From the NCBI RefSeq assembly GCF_006345805.1, contig NC_043016.1, positions 18,166,001 to 18,230,000 of the forward strand: a stretch of 64,000 nt of DNA, in the 5' to 3' direction. The DNA is from Octopus sinensis. Its lineage: Eukaryota. Position 1 is the stretch's first letter, and each line of letters opens with the position of its first letter. Below are positions 49,415-61,939 of this stretch, one piece after another. A model generated the notes under the pieces. It searched no databases. It was not told the origin of the DNA and saw nothing but the letters and a program-made list of their open reading frames with translations. Made by a program: the position numbers and the translations under genes.

Positions 49415-49820
49415 TAGGCGCAGGAGTGGCTGTGTGGTAAGTAGCAGGGTTCAGTCCCACTGCATGGAACCTTGGGCAAGTGTCTTCTACTATAACCTCG
49501 GGCCGACCAAAGCCTTGTGAGTGGATTTGGTAGACGGAAACTGAAAGAAGCCCGTCGTATATATGTATATATATATGAATGCTTGTAAATTGTTTGTGTG
49601 TCTGTGTTTGTCCTCCCAGCATCGCTTGACAATCGATGCTTGTATGTTTATGTCCCCGTAACTTACCGGTTCAGCAAAAGAGACCGATAGAATAAGTACT
49701 AGGCTTACAAAGAATAAGTCCTGGGGTCAATTTGCTCGACAGAAGGCGGTGCTCCAGCATGGCCGCAGTCAAATGACTGAAACAAGTAAAAAGAGTAAAA
49801 AAGAGAGAAAAAGAGTATGA
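49415..49820 (+). mobile_element. SINE family A
   Basis: Copy with a short deletion in the head; full tail. Confidence 0.85.
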
Positions 49821-50279
49821 TTGAAAATAGGTTAAATAAATCTACTTTTCTTTATCACTGATTAATTTATCACTGATCTGGGATAACATGGTACAGCCAA
49901 TTGTGAGCCATGTTATGCTTCATGTTCGTTGCTAAAGGGGTGCACTGGATGGCACTGCCTCCTCCCAATTCAATGGCGCTCCCTCAATTTACTGTGATAC
50001 ACCTATTTTGAAATTCCACTTAAGCATTATTACGAATTAATACCCATCCAGGTACTAAAATCTGTCAATGGGCCTGTTACGCTTATAACAGTTTGATGTG
50101 TGGTCAGTGAGAGATCCTACTTTGACCACAAAAACCCACCCCAGCAACCATGTACATATCACTGTGCTGAGAATCTGTGTATTTTTTTTTATGTATATAT
50201 GTTTGCATACCCATCAACATTCCACCAGTGAAGAGAGAAAAATATGTCATATCTTATAAAATTTTTACTCTGAATATTT

Positions 50280-50725
50280 TTTTCTACTCTAGGCACAAAA
50301 CCCAAAATTTTGGGGGAAGGGGCCAGTTGATTAGATTGATTCCAGTATGCAACTGGTTCTTAATTTATCGACCCCAAAAGGATGAAAGGCAAAGTCAACC
50401 TCAGCAGAATTTGAACTCAGAGCATAAAGACTGACAAAATACCACTAAGCATTTTGCCTGGCGTGCTAACGTTTCTGCCAGCTTGCCACCTTCTCTTGAC
50501 CACTATATTCTTTTCTATTCTAGGCACAAGGCCCAAAATTTTGGCGGAGGGGCCAGTTGATTAGATCAACCCCAGTACTCAACTGATACTTAATTTATAG
50601 ACCTCGAAAGGATAAAAGGCAAAGTCAACCTCGTCAAAATTTGAACTCAGAAATATAAAGACAGATGAAATACTGCTAAGCATTTTACCTGGCGTGCTAA
50701 CGATTCTGCCACCTTGCTACCTTGT
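50280..50725 (-). mobile_element. Two tandem SINE family B copies
   Basis: Two GAAAGGAT(G/A)AAAGGCAAAGTCAACC blocks. Confidence 0.8.
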
Positions 50726-50774
50726 TTTACTCTGAATATTATTTCTATCATGAAACAATATGATTATGTATCTC

Positions 50775-51190
50775 TTTACTCTTTACTCTTTTACTTGTTT
50801 CAGTCATTTGACTGCGGCCATGCTGGAGCACCACCTTTAGTCGAGCAAATCGACCCCAGGACTTATTTTTTGTAAGCCTAGTACTTATTCTATCAGTCTC
50901 TTTTGCTGAACCACTAAGTTACAGGGACATAAACACACCAGCATCGGTTGTCAAGCAATGTTGGGGGGACAAACACAGACACACAAACAATTTACAAGCA
51001 TTCATATATATATACATATATACAACGGGCTTCTTTCAGTTTCCGTCTATCAAATCCACTCACAAGGCATTGGTCGGCCCGAAGTTATAGTAGAAGACAC
51101 TTGCCCAAGGTGCCACGCAGTGGGACTGAACCCGGGACCATGTGGTTGGTTAGCAAGCTACTTACCACACAGTCACTCCTGCACCTATGT
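50775..51190 (-). mobile_element. SINE family A
   Basis: Full copy. Confidence 0.85.
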
Positions 51191-51744
51191 ATGTTTAAAA
51201 ACTGTTTTGAGTTGTTATTTGAGTATGTTACGGGGACAACTTAGGGGGTCTCAGAACAAAATATATTTTTCCTATATGTTTTATTATTCATTTATCACTG
51301 TTGTTCTGGAACCATATACCCATAAAAAACAAGGGTGGATATATTCCTTTCCACCATTTTCTTTCTGTTCTCTTATTAATGTTTCTTTGTCTCCTTGTTT
51401 TCTTCATCATATGAGAAAGTAACAAAATGGGTGGCCAAAACCACAACATTATTAGTATAATGCAGAATGCTGCAAACATTAATTGATTCCAAAATTTCAG
51501 TGTTTTTGCACTTGAATACATTGTTTATTTAGTGTATGTTATATTATCAAATGCAATTATGTTCATTATGCACTTAATTTAGAAAAAGAAAAAAAAATGA
51601 GAAAAAAAAAAATAAAGACAAAATGATTAATTAATAAATAAATAAATAAACAAGTAAAACATCTGCTTATTTAACATTCTAACTTGACATTCAACGAAGA
51701 ATAGAATTGGTTTGAGATTAATTTTTATTTCTTATTTTCTCACT

Positions 51745-51870
51745 TTAATATTCTCAAATTCCACCAAACAGGTGATCTTATGGGAATTGACTGTGTCCTG
51801 GGAGAAACACATGGAAGAAGCCTATGAGAGGAAACTCACCAGATATCGGGAGTTGATGTTTGGAACAATA
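51745..51870 (+). pseudogene. RLE-type LINE nuclease fragment (Hero-like)
   Basis: KQVILWELTVSWEKHMEEAYERKLTRYREL matches the ELTVPWE..EEA.ERK..KY.EL motif. Confidence 0.7.
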
Positions 51871-52069
51871 TTTGACAAAAGTTCTGTTATGACATGCTAA
51901 AATAAAGGCTTAATTCCACTGTGAAAGACAATAAGCAGTTGGGATATTGGGTAGCCACCCAATCCCATATCATTCTAAAGAACATTTAAGATAGATTTCT
52001 TGTTCCCTAGGAAACGAATAAGACATCTATTTAGGAATACTAAGTCTTTCATTAAAATAGAATATGCAA

Positions 52070-52310
52070 CTCAAGAAAGTGGCAAGGTGACAGAAACATT
52101 AGCTCGCCGGGCGAAATGCTTATTGGTATTTTGTCTGCCGTTACATTCTGAGTTCAAATTCCGCCGAGGTCGACTTTACCTTTCATCCTTTCGGGGTCGA
52201 TAAATTAAGTACCAGTTATGCACTGGGGTCAATGTAATTGACTTATTCCCTTTGTCTTTCCTTGTTTGTCCCCTCTATGTTTAGCCCCTAGTGGGCAATA
52301 AACAAATAAG
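52070..52310 (+). mobile_element. SINE family B
   Basis: Full copy. Confidence 0.85.
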
Positions 52311-52332
52311 AATATACAACTCAACATACACT

Positions 52333-52508
52333 CACTAGCATAGCTAGGGGCAGGGGGTGGTGGTAGGTGCAGTCTGTCCTGGGCGGCACTTTTAAAGGGG
52401 CACCATTTTGGGTCTATGGTAGGCGATATGTGCTTCTTTTGTGGAATCTGGCAGGAGTGGCAGATGGAAGAGCCACCCCGGGTAGCACACACTCTAACTA
52501 TACTAGTG
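52333..52508. mobile_element. Short MITE
   Basis: Imperfect TIRs CACTAGCATAGCTAG / CTAACTATACTAGTG. Confidence 0.55.
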
Positions 52509-52679
52509 CATACACTGGTGGCATGTAATATCTATTGATGAGTTTGACCGTCTCAGAGATATTTGTTATTGTTTGCCTTTTGCTTGTTACAGTGATTGGA
52601 TTGCAGCCAAGACTGGTATTTGTTCTACTAGTCTTTTTTTTCTTTTCTTTTTTTGTTAAACAGCTAAGATACAGGGACA

Positions 52680-52990
52680 TAAACAACACATGGCATAAGA
52701 AAATCTGGAGAAGGAAGTATAGAAAATGAAAGTTTCTTCAGTCTCGCATAGGGTTAAAGAAGTATTTGGTGACAAATTGATGAAAATGAAAGACAGGAGA
52801 GACTTGGACCATAGCTGACCAAGAGTTTCAACCCATTGCAAACCACTGGTGGAGGAGACAAGGTACCAGTAAGAAGGAATGTGACAAAATGGCGGAATAA
52901 AACAACAGAGACAGGCCTGAAAATATTGGGAGTATAAGTGAGAAGGAGCAAGGAGCAAGGAATCTACTATAATAATACTCTTGTGTTTTT
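52680..52990 (-). pseudogene. Old L2/CR1-group LINE 3' remnant
   Basis: FIPPF..LQWVE..SFI pattern loosely resembles the L2-group C-terminus. Confidence 0.4.
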
Positions 52991-53179
52991 CTCCATCACA
53001 ACATATGAATGAGAAAGGAAAGAGGGGGTGAAAGATGAATAAAAAGAAGAGGTGATGACACACCTGGTAGTGAGATGATGGAAATTTAACAGTAAAATAA
53101 ATCAAAACAGCATTTTATAATTCTGAGTGTGTGTGTAAAAGGAAGATATGTGAACTGTTCTCATTCCTAAGGTATTTTT

Positions 53180-54076
53180 CGATGTTATCATATTATTATT
53201 AAATTTTTTTCCTTCTCTCTTCAAATTTTCTTCCATTTTCACGCCGAGTGTTTTCCGTACACCTAGGGCAGAGAAGCACATTGTATGCATTCCCAGATTA
53301 CAACACGCAAATCACCGGTAAAATATGTCTCTATCTAAAAATGAATGAATAAATAAATTCATGAATGGATGTTGTTTTCACAGCGATAATGCTCTTCTCA
53401 GTAATGAGTCATTCCAGTTAACCATGATTTTTTGCACTTCCTGTAGGGATGGTAAGACTGGTATCATTTTCAATAGGTTTCAGTACCTTTTTTTTATCAT
53501 TCCTAGAGATCCTACAATCACTGGTACTGTAGTCACCTTAAAATACCACTTTTTCAATTTCTTTACTGATCTGTCAAATTCTTTCGTCACTAATTGTGAT
53601 CGCAAGTAATACTCATGTCAATTATAAACCACAACCTTTTGTTGGCTGGTTTTTATAATAATATCCAGTTATTAGCTTCTATTTTTTTTGTCTAGTATGT
53701 ATGGGGAAGTCCATAGAATCAACACATTTTCTCCGTCAGTCACAGCTCAGGATGGTGTTTTTATACAATTTATCACGGGTTTTTGATTTTTAATACCGAC
53801 ATATTGTCCTGTGTAAATAATGGCTGACTCTGTCATGTCTTGCTTTATATTTCTACAGGGCTAAGACTCTACAACCCGGATATTAGGTGGTCTATAGTTT
53901 GCAATCTCACATCGTTACAGAATCGGCATTTTGGGTCAGCTCCATTTTTTAATCCTATTGGCTTGTAGTTCCGGGTTAATAAGCTTTGGTCTGAGCAGCT
54001 ATATGAAACCTTCACTCTCTACTTTAAGCCCTGAGCTTCGTAACGCCATTGATGGGTGTATTTCTGGTCAACATCA

Positions 54077-54078
<2 letters not shown>
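53180..54078 (-). mobile_element. 5'-truncated R4/Dong-like LINE bounded by (TTA)n
   Basis: GLKVESEGFI..PKCRFC..TIDHLISG, HHPE.., IIDMSITCDH; 3' UTR matches 48060-48272. Confidence 0.85.
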
Positions 54079-54109
<31 letters not shown>

Positions 54110-54209
54110 NNNNNNNNNNNNNNNNNNNNNNNNNNNNNNNNNNNNNNNNNNNNNNNNNNNNNNNNNNNNNNNNNNNNNNNNNNNNNNNNNNNNNNNNNNN
54201 NNNNNNNNN
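54110..54209. other. Assembly gap (100 N)
   Basis: Run of N after a (TTA)n microsatellite. Confidence 1.
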
Positions 54210-54687
54210 GATGAAAGTATCATAGTTAAAATGACAATAATATTTTGATTTTCATACTTTGGTTTTATTTTACTGATGAAACAGTTTATCACTAATTCAA
54301 ATGAATTTTGTAATTTTCATTGAACTTAAATAATTTGGGCAAGTGTCTTCTACTATAACCTCAGGCTGACCAAAGCCTTGTGAGAGGATTTGGCAGACGG
54401 AAACTGAAAGAAGTCCATCATATAAATATATATGTGTGTGTATATATATATATAGAATATATATATATGTATATGCTTGTATATCTGTGTTTGTCCCCAC
54501 CACCATCGCTTGACAACCAATGTTGGTGAATCTATGTCTCCATAACTTAGAGGTTCAGCAAAAGAGACCAGTAGAATAAGTACTAGGTGTACAAAGAATA
54601 AGTCCTGGGGTTGATCTGTTTGACTAAAGGCGGTGCTCCAGCATGGCCACAGTCAAATGACTGAATTGTGCAAACAATGAAACTTCA

Positions 54688-55575
54688 TTATCATCATCAT
54701 CATCATTTAGCGTCCGTTTTCCATGCTAGCATTGGTTGGACAGTTCAACTGGAGTCTGTGAAGCCAGAAGGCTGCATCAGGCCCAGTCAGATCTGGCAGT
54801 GTTTCTACGGCTGGATGCCCTTCCTAACGCCAACCACTCCGTGAGTGTAGTGGGTGCTTTTTACGTGCCACCCGCACAGGTGCCAGACGGAGATGGCAAA
54901 CGGCCACGAACGGATGGTGCTTTTACATGCCACTGGCACGGGGGCCAGGCAAGGCTGGCAACGGACACGAATGGATGGTGCTTTTACGTGCCACCGGCAC
55001 GGGGACCAGGCGAGGCTGGCAACGGACATGAACGGATGGTGCTTTTACATGCCGCCGGCACGGGGGCCAGGCGAGGCTGGTAGCAGACACGAACAGATGG
55101 TGCTTTTACATGCCACCGGCACAGAGGCCAGACGGGGCGGTGCCGGCAATGGCCACGATTGGATGGTTCGCTTAACTGCAGCTGCAACTTACACTGATGT
55201 TGATTGACCTCAATTTTGGTCCTGCTTTCTGATATCTGTTTTGATTTGGTTTGATTTTGATTTTGATTTTGATTCTGACTGTTCTCACTGGTCTTGCCGG
55301 GTCTCTCACGCACAGCATACTTCCATAGGTCTCGGTCTTGTTTCATTTCCTTGGTGAGACCTAAAGTCGAAGGTCGTGCTTCACCACCTCGTCCCAGGTT
55401 TTCCTGGGTCTACCTTTCCACAGGTTCCCTCAACTGCTAGAGTGTGGCACTTTTGCACACAACTATCTTCACCCATTCTCGTCACATGCCCATACCAGCG
55501 CAATCATCTCTCTTGCACACAACAACTGATGCTTCTTAGCTCCAACTTTTCTCTCAAGGACCTAAGAAGCATCAC
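54688..55575 (-). mobile_element. 5'-truncated RTE LINE 3' fragment, five array units (family A SINE piece at 54335-54665)
   Basis: ORF C-terminus to (CAT)n tail; variant UTR. Confidence 0.9.
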
Positions 55576-55576
55576 T

Positions 55577-55742
55577 CTTATGGCTCTGGATACAGTACTT
55601 AGAAGGCCACTCCTACGGCTCTGGATATGGTACAATGAATGAAGGCCGCTCCTATGGTTCTGGATATGGTACTATGGATGAAGGCCACTCCTATGGTTCT
55701 GGATATGGTACTCTGAAATGAAGAAGTATATATAATCTCTTC
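55577..55742 (+). repeat. 39-bp tandem repeat block
   Basis: Units GAAGGCCACTCCTATGGTTCTGGATATGGTACTATGGAT; second block at 56931-57071. Confidence 0.9.
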
Positions 55743-55801
55743 AGAAACTTAAAACATATGCGAAAAGTCTACTTTTTATTATATCTTATGCACACGCACA
55801 T

Positions 55802-55854
<53 letters not shown>

Positions 55855-55869
55855 ACACCACTCAAACAC

Positions 55870-55900
<31 letters not shown>

Positions 55901-55957
55901 TGTATATACATGCACACACACTCACACATACAGATACATATATATATATATATATGA

Positions 55958-56290
55958 TGATGAGACCCCCTTCGGTCATGATTGACCATGGGATTGCACC
56001 TAGAAAGTTCCCCTCCAAGGCACAAGGCCAGGCAAGTTTGTTTATAGAAGGCCAGCACTCACCCATGCATACCAGCTTCCCCTCTCCCTGCCACTGATGT
56101 TATTCAAAGGAAAGGCAAAGGCTGATACAGCTTGGCACCAGTGATGTCACAACTCATTTCTACATGTGAGTTAACTAGAACAATGTGAAATAAAGTATCT
56201 TGCTCAAGAACACAATATGTAGCCTGGGACAGGAATTGAACTCACAACCTCACGATCATAAGCTTGACACTCTAACCACTGAGCCATACG
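55958..56290 (-). mobile_element. SINE family D (tRNA head, CORE-like)
   Basis: GGCGTATGGCTCAGTGGTTAGAG..GAGTTCAATTCC head; GTGTTCTTGAGCAAGATACTTTATTTCAC core; other copies at 58060-58372, 59585-59760, 40468-40710. Confidence 0.8.
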
Positions 56291-56548
56291 CCTGGCCCCC
56301 GTGCCGGTGGCACGTAAAAAGCACCATCCATCCGCGGCCGTTTGCCAGCTCCGTCTGGCACCTGTGCGGGTGGCACATAAAAAGCACCCACTACACTCAC
56401 GGAGTGGTTAGCGTTAGGAAGGGCATCCAGCCGTAGAAACACTGCCAGATCAGACTGGGCCTGATGCAGCCTTCTGGCTTCACAGACCCCAGTTGAACCA
56501 TCCACCCATGCTAGCATGAAAGCAGGTGCTAAATGATGATGATGATTG
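56290..56548 (+). mobile_element. RTE 3' UTR fragment, two array units
   Basis: CGTGCCGGTGGCACGTAAAAAGCACC to (GAT)n. Confidence 0.9.
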
Positions 56549-56650
56549 ATGATATATACTCAATTCAAATAAACAAATAAAATTTATGGACAACAAGAGG
56601 ACGTTCACAAGAAATGTATAAGCTTGTCGCTCGGTGAAAGGAGAGAGTTT

Positions 56651-56678
56651 GAGGTTTCGAGCATAGCTCTTCATCGGA
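56651..56678 (-). ncRNA. Degenerate hammerhead core remnant
   Basis: Minus strand CCGATGA, GAGC-TAT-GCTC, GAAAC; catalytic core mutated (CUGA to CCGA). Confidence 0.3.
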
Positions 56679-56726
56679 AAGGAGAAAGGGAGAAGTCCAA
56701 AAAAGGAAAAGAAACCACCAACTGCA

Positions 56727-56757
<31 letters not shown>

Positions 56758-56930
56758 GTGCGTGTGTGTGTGTGCATGTGCATGTATGTGTGTTTGTACA
56801 CTTACTGAAATTATCTCTGCATGAATGTACGCATGTAATTGGTTTGACAATTACAGGCAAAGGGACTGGTTCTCTTACAAACTATCTTAGTAGTGAATGA
56901 AAACTTATCTCAGCTGGTGTTAGTACAATG

Positions 56931-57071
56931 AAGGCCACTCCTATCTTATGGCTCTGGATACAGTACTTAGAAGGCCACTCCTATGGCTCTGGATATGGTA
57001 CTATGGATGATGGCCACTCCTATGGTTCTGGATATGGTACTCTGAAATGAAAAAGTATATAAAATCTCTTC
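56931..57071 (+). repeat. Second 39-bp repeat block
   Basis: Shares the same internal deletion and the same 3' flank CTCTGAAATGAA.AAGTATA as 55577-55742. Confidence 0.9.
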
Positions 57072-57076
57072 GAATT

Positions 57077-57520
57077 CTGTTATGCAAATGACCTGCAAAT
57101 TTACATCATTTACACTTTAGAAACCTGGCTACTCACCATGTCTCTACCAATCAGATGAATACACGAGCGAGATAGAATTTATACTCACCAAGAAATGGAA
57201 CAGAAAACTGGATGTGAATACTGAGTCTTTCCTGAATGAAGAACGTACCATTTGGCATAAAGTATTGATTGATGACATCAAGACCAGACTTAGAAAAATT
57301 CAGAGACACAAGAGAATTTGGAGAGAGCAGGTATTGATGCTGAGAGGTATGGATACAGAGACATGTATGATTAGAAAGCTGAGGAGATAGGTACTTGTAA
57401 GACAGTGGAAACTTGGAAAAGTCCATGAAACAACTTGAGAACTATAAACTAGATCTTTGCACAAAGAAATGTTGAAAGTCCATGATAGATGATGTAATGT
57501 CGGAAAAGTACAATAGATAA
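57077..57520 (+). pseudogene. Old RTE endonuclease-end remnant
   Basis: CYANDLQI..SEIEFIL..NEERT.WHKVLIDD aligns by eye to CDANNLMI..SQIDYIL..GEECTPQHRLVVSD. Confidence 0.55.
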
Positions 57521-58059
57521 AAACCATAAGAGACATGCCTGTAAAGGCTGGAAGAAAAGGAACAGCGATGAACAATATTGATTAGCTGACAGTGGACTGA
57601 ATAACAGCCAGGATAGTGTAGCGGAGAGAATGAGGTATGGAAGAAACAGGAGAAATGTGGAAGGGAAAGACAAGTTTTAGGGGCTGGTATGAAAGTGGGG
57701 CAAAGTATAAGGACAGCACAGTGGGTCGGGTTAGGGCGATCTAAGTGAGATCTATGTCATAAGTGGGGATATGAATGGGTGGAGGTGGGTGGAGAGGGGA
57801 CATGAAAGTGATTGAAATAGAAATAAGGTTGACAAGATGTGGTGGGGTGGAGTTAGCAAAAGAAAGGAGGGGTGTGGGTGGTCTGGTAGTGCAAGGGAGG
57901 GAGATGAAAAGTATTGAGGTGACAGAGAAGCCATAGGAAGCAGGTCTCAGTGCAAGGAAAAACAGGACTTAGAGTGAGGGGGAGGTGGGGTGGAGGTTGA
58001 GTGCAGCATGAGCGTCCCAACCACTTTCACTACCTGCTTTACTGTTATCTCTGCTATGT

Positions 58060-58372
58060 TTATAGAGAAACTTCCCGTGGTCATGAATGATCATGGGATT
58101 ACACCTAGAAAGTTCCCTTCCAAGTAACAAGTCCGAGAAAGGTTGTTTATGGAAGACCAGCAGTCATCCATGCATACCAGTCTCCCCCTCTCCATATCAC
58201 CGATGTTATCCAAGGGAAAGGCAGAGGCCAATACAGCTTGGCACCAGTGATGTCACAAGTGGAACAATGTGAAATAAAGTGTCTTGCTCAAGAACACAAC
58301 ACACAACCTGGTCCTGGAGTTGAATTCACTACCTCATGTTTGTGAGCCTGACACTCTAACCACTGAGCCATG
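58060..58372 (-). mobile_element. SINE family D
   Basis: Homologous to 55958-56290. Confidence 0.8.
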
Positions 58373-58394
58373 TAGCAGAAAGCATTTTATAGTA

Positions 58395-58790
58395 TACTCT
58401 CTTTTACTCTTTTATTTGTTTCAGTCATTTGACTGCGGCCTTTAATCGAGCAACTCGACCCCGGGACTTATTCTTTTGTAAGCCAAGTACTTATTCTATC
58501 AGTCTCTTTTGCTGAACCGCTAAGTAACGGGGACATAAACACACCAGCATCGGTTGTCAAGCAAGCTAGGGGGACAAACACACACACGCATATATATATA
58601 TACATACATATATACGACGGGCTTCTTTCAGTTTCCATCTACCAAATCCACTCACAAGGCTTTGTTCGGCTTGAGGCTATAGTAAAAGACACTTGCCCAA
58701 GGTGCCACGCAGTGGGACTGAACCCGGAACCATGTGGTTGGTAAACAAGCTACTTACCACACAGCCACTCCTGCGCCTATGTTGACAATT
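58395..58790 (-). mobile_element. SINE family A
   Basis: Full copy. Confidence 0.85.
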
Positions 58791-58829
58791 ATTAAACATC
58801 CTGGTTATCTCCCTTGTAAGGTTTAGCAT

Positions 58830-59400
58830 CTGGAAATCAGTTTTCCCCCCTTCAATGCCATATCTCCCTAGGGTTTCCTCTTTTGCAGGCTCTGTACACT
58901 TTGAGTGTCCCATACATTTTTATACAATTGCCATCATCCATACAAATCACATGCTCACATCAATGTAATCTTCCCTCTTTGCAAACTACATCCAATTTTT
59001 CTTATATACAGTTTTTTTGTTGTTTTTTTTTTTCACTCATGTCATTTGCTTTCTTTTATTTGCCTACACCAATATCAAACATCTACAGAAGCATGCTTGT
59101 TTCATTTCTCTCTAACCTTCACAAATCCCCTGCGTTCAAAGTCCACGTCTCATACTCATGTAGCATAGCACTTCACACAACACACAAGCATCCTACAATT
59201 TGTTCTTCACTCACTGGGAGAGGCCTTTTGTTGCTAGCATAATTAGTTGCACACTGAGCTGTTTTTTTTTTACCTGTTTCTACTCTGGCTAGTATGTTCT
59301 CTGAGCATTCACCACCACTGCCAAATAGGTCACCTAGGTAACAGAAACTATCGGCTACTTCTAGGAAGTCATTAAGGCAGCTGAGAGAATCTATTTCATG
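58830..59400 (-). pseudogene. Old RTE RT C-terminal remnant
   Basis: LEVADSFCYLGDLFGSGGECSENILARV matches LEIVDSFRYLGDQVSSGGGCAESVTARV. Confidence 0.75.
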
Positions 59401-59510
59401 AGTGATCTTCATTCTTATAAATATTTAAGTACATGTGTGTGTGTTTGTGCATGTGTATATATGTATGTATATATATATATATATATATATATAAATGTGT
59501 GGGGGTGTGT

Positions 59511-59551
<41 letters not shown>

Positions 59552-59844
59552 TATGTATGTATGTTTGTTTCTTTTCCTTTTTATCTCTGCTATGTTTATA
59601 GACAAACTTCCTTTGGTCACGATGATCATGGGATTACACCTAGAAAGTTCCCTTCCGAGTTACAAGTCCAGGAAAGGTTGTTTATGGATGACCAGCAGTC
59701 GCCCATGCATACCAGTCTCCCCTCTCCACACCACTAATGTTATCCAAAGAAAAGGAAAATTCTTTCTCTGAAGAAGGAGGTGGTTCCTTACAAAACTACA
59801 AAGCTCTATCATTGGAATGTAGATAACAAAAACAATGTCACTTT

Positions 59845-60530
59845 TGAAACCTGAAGAAAATTCTAGCATAGCTTCACCGTTCTGATTACAGATTGTATTT
59901 GTTATGTGCGAATCAGTTGGTTGATTTGTTTTACTGAAAATCCAAGCTTATCTGGACTGACAGTTAGGCATTTGCTTACAAAACCAAGTGCACCAATTAT
60001 TATTGTTATAAATATAAATTTGTAATCTGAATATTAGATGCTGGGGCTTTTGAAGCAGTTGTGTCCATAATTATCTTCTATCTTTTTGATTTTCAAAGAG
60101 ATATTCACATCAGCAGGACAGTTACGACAGTACATGTTTCTAATCTGTCTCAAACAACAATATCTGGCTTGTTATGCACATGAAAGTGATTGAAATAGAC
60201 GTGAGGTTGACAGATGTTTTGATAGGATTCTCTATATTTATTCTAGGACAGAATTTTTTTTCTGGATGACATTATATATTGTTTTAGCGACAACTTCATG
60301 TCGCATAGGGAAATAGTACCTTGATATTTTTGAGCCACTGCTAATCACACATGTGATGTCTTTCAGAGAAATATGACACAATCTACATTTACAGTTGCAG
60401 CTTGAAACTCCAAGGGCTTTGCTGTCCCTTTTGATTTTTAGGTATTTAGTAGCAATCTCCTGTTCTTGGATTGCAAATGCATAGCCTTTGAAATGTGATG
60501 ACTCTAAGAGAGGCTTTGGTTCATGTCAAT
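59845..60530 (-). pseudogene. R4-clade RLE LINE C-terminal remnant
   Basis: GYAFAIQEQEIATKYL..CRLC..RYYFPMRHEVVAK, HNKPDIVV, IIIGALGFV across stops. Confidence 0.75.
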
Positions 60531-60544
60531 GGTATTGTCTTACT

Positions 60545-60960
60545 CTCATTTTTCTTTTACTCTCTTTTGCTTCTTTCAGTCATTTGACTGTGGCCATGCT
60601 GGAGCACTGCCTTTAGTCGAGCAAATCGACCCCAGGACTTATTCTTTGTAAGCCTAGTACTTATTCTATCGGTCTCTTTTGCTGAACCACTAAGTTACGG
60701 GATGTAAACACACCACCATCAGTTGTCAAGCGATGTTGGGGGGACAAATACAGACACACAAACACATACACACACATACATATATATACATATATATGAC
60801 GTGCTTCTTTCAGTTTCCATCTATCAAATCCACTCACAAGACTTTGGTCAGCCTGAGGCTATAGTAGAAGGCACTTGCCCAAGGTGCCACGCAGTGGGAA
60901 TGAACCCAGAACTATGTGGTTGGTAAGCAAGACACTTACCACACAGCCACTCCTGTGTCT
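60545..60960 (-). mobile_element. SINE family A
   Basis: Full copy. Confidence 0.85.
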
Positions 60961-61247
60961 TTAAGATTTTGGGAAACATATCCATGCATAGTCTATTTTT
61001 GTTGTGCAGTGTGCGTCACCTTCAGGTTTTCTTTGAGGGATGCTAGTCCAGCTGTTTGGGGGATGTATGGGTGGTCCCCAGGAAGAGAGAGCATCCTGAA
61101 GAGTTTGCTTCCAGCATGCAGGATATTGCTTTCTTCACTTTTCATTTATATGTATGTTTGTGTGTGTGTGCGTGTGCATGTGTGTATGTATGTATGGATG
61201 GATGGATGGATGCATGTGCGTATGTATGTATATATATATATATATAT

Positions 61248-61850
61248 ATCTACTACATATGTGGGAAATTCTGTCTGTGGGTGTGTTTGTCTGCGGAGTT
61301 GTTAGCTAAACTCCTCCTACGTTATTTTGTCGATTTTGATGAAACTTTACATGTGAGTAGAACTCATGTCTGGAAACCTCATGGCATACTCAGATTGTTG
61401 AAAAATCGATAATAGGACACCTTGAAGGATTCTTATATATAACTAATATATTTTATTTTAACAGCCAAGAGAAATAACCCATTTATTTTCCTATATTATT
61501 TGGTATAAATCAATTTGAGTATGCTTATTTCTTAGTATTTGAACTGTTAGAGTTATTTTCACAACTTATCCAGTACAAACCTTAAACAAGTATATAAAAT
61601 TTTTCTAAATAATAAATCCACTTATTTAATGAATATACCATGAATGACGATGCTTTTCATGTCAATTCAGCCAATTGACAGGTGCTGCTTGAAGAACTGT
61701 TCTACTTTTAGACAAATGCTCTGTCAACACAAAGGTCGCACCCTGTTTACATGTAGGAACACCTTCTTAAAATCTATCTGTACATCTTGAAAATGGCCAG
61801 CGTGTATATTTCACAGAAAACAATGCTCAAAATGTAGTTCTGAATCCATG
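61248..61850 (+). mobile_element. Degraded Helitron (5' end plus RepHel fragment)
   Basis: TCTACTACATAT 5' end with a body resembling 38393-38520; HLENGQRVYFTENNAQ at ~61785-61835 is a RepHel motif. Confidence 0.6.
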
Positions 61851-61939
61851 AGTAACCACTTTGCAGTGGGACTGAACCCAGCACCATGTGGCTTGTAAGT
61901 AAGTTACTTACCACACAGCCACTCCTGCTTATATATATA

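Noticed and set aside
53931-54292. ORFs crossing 54110-54209
   Set aside because: Artefacts of the N gap and the (TTA)n repeat
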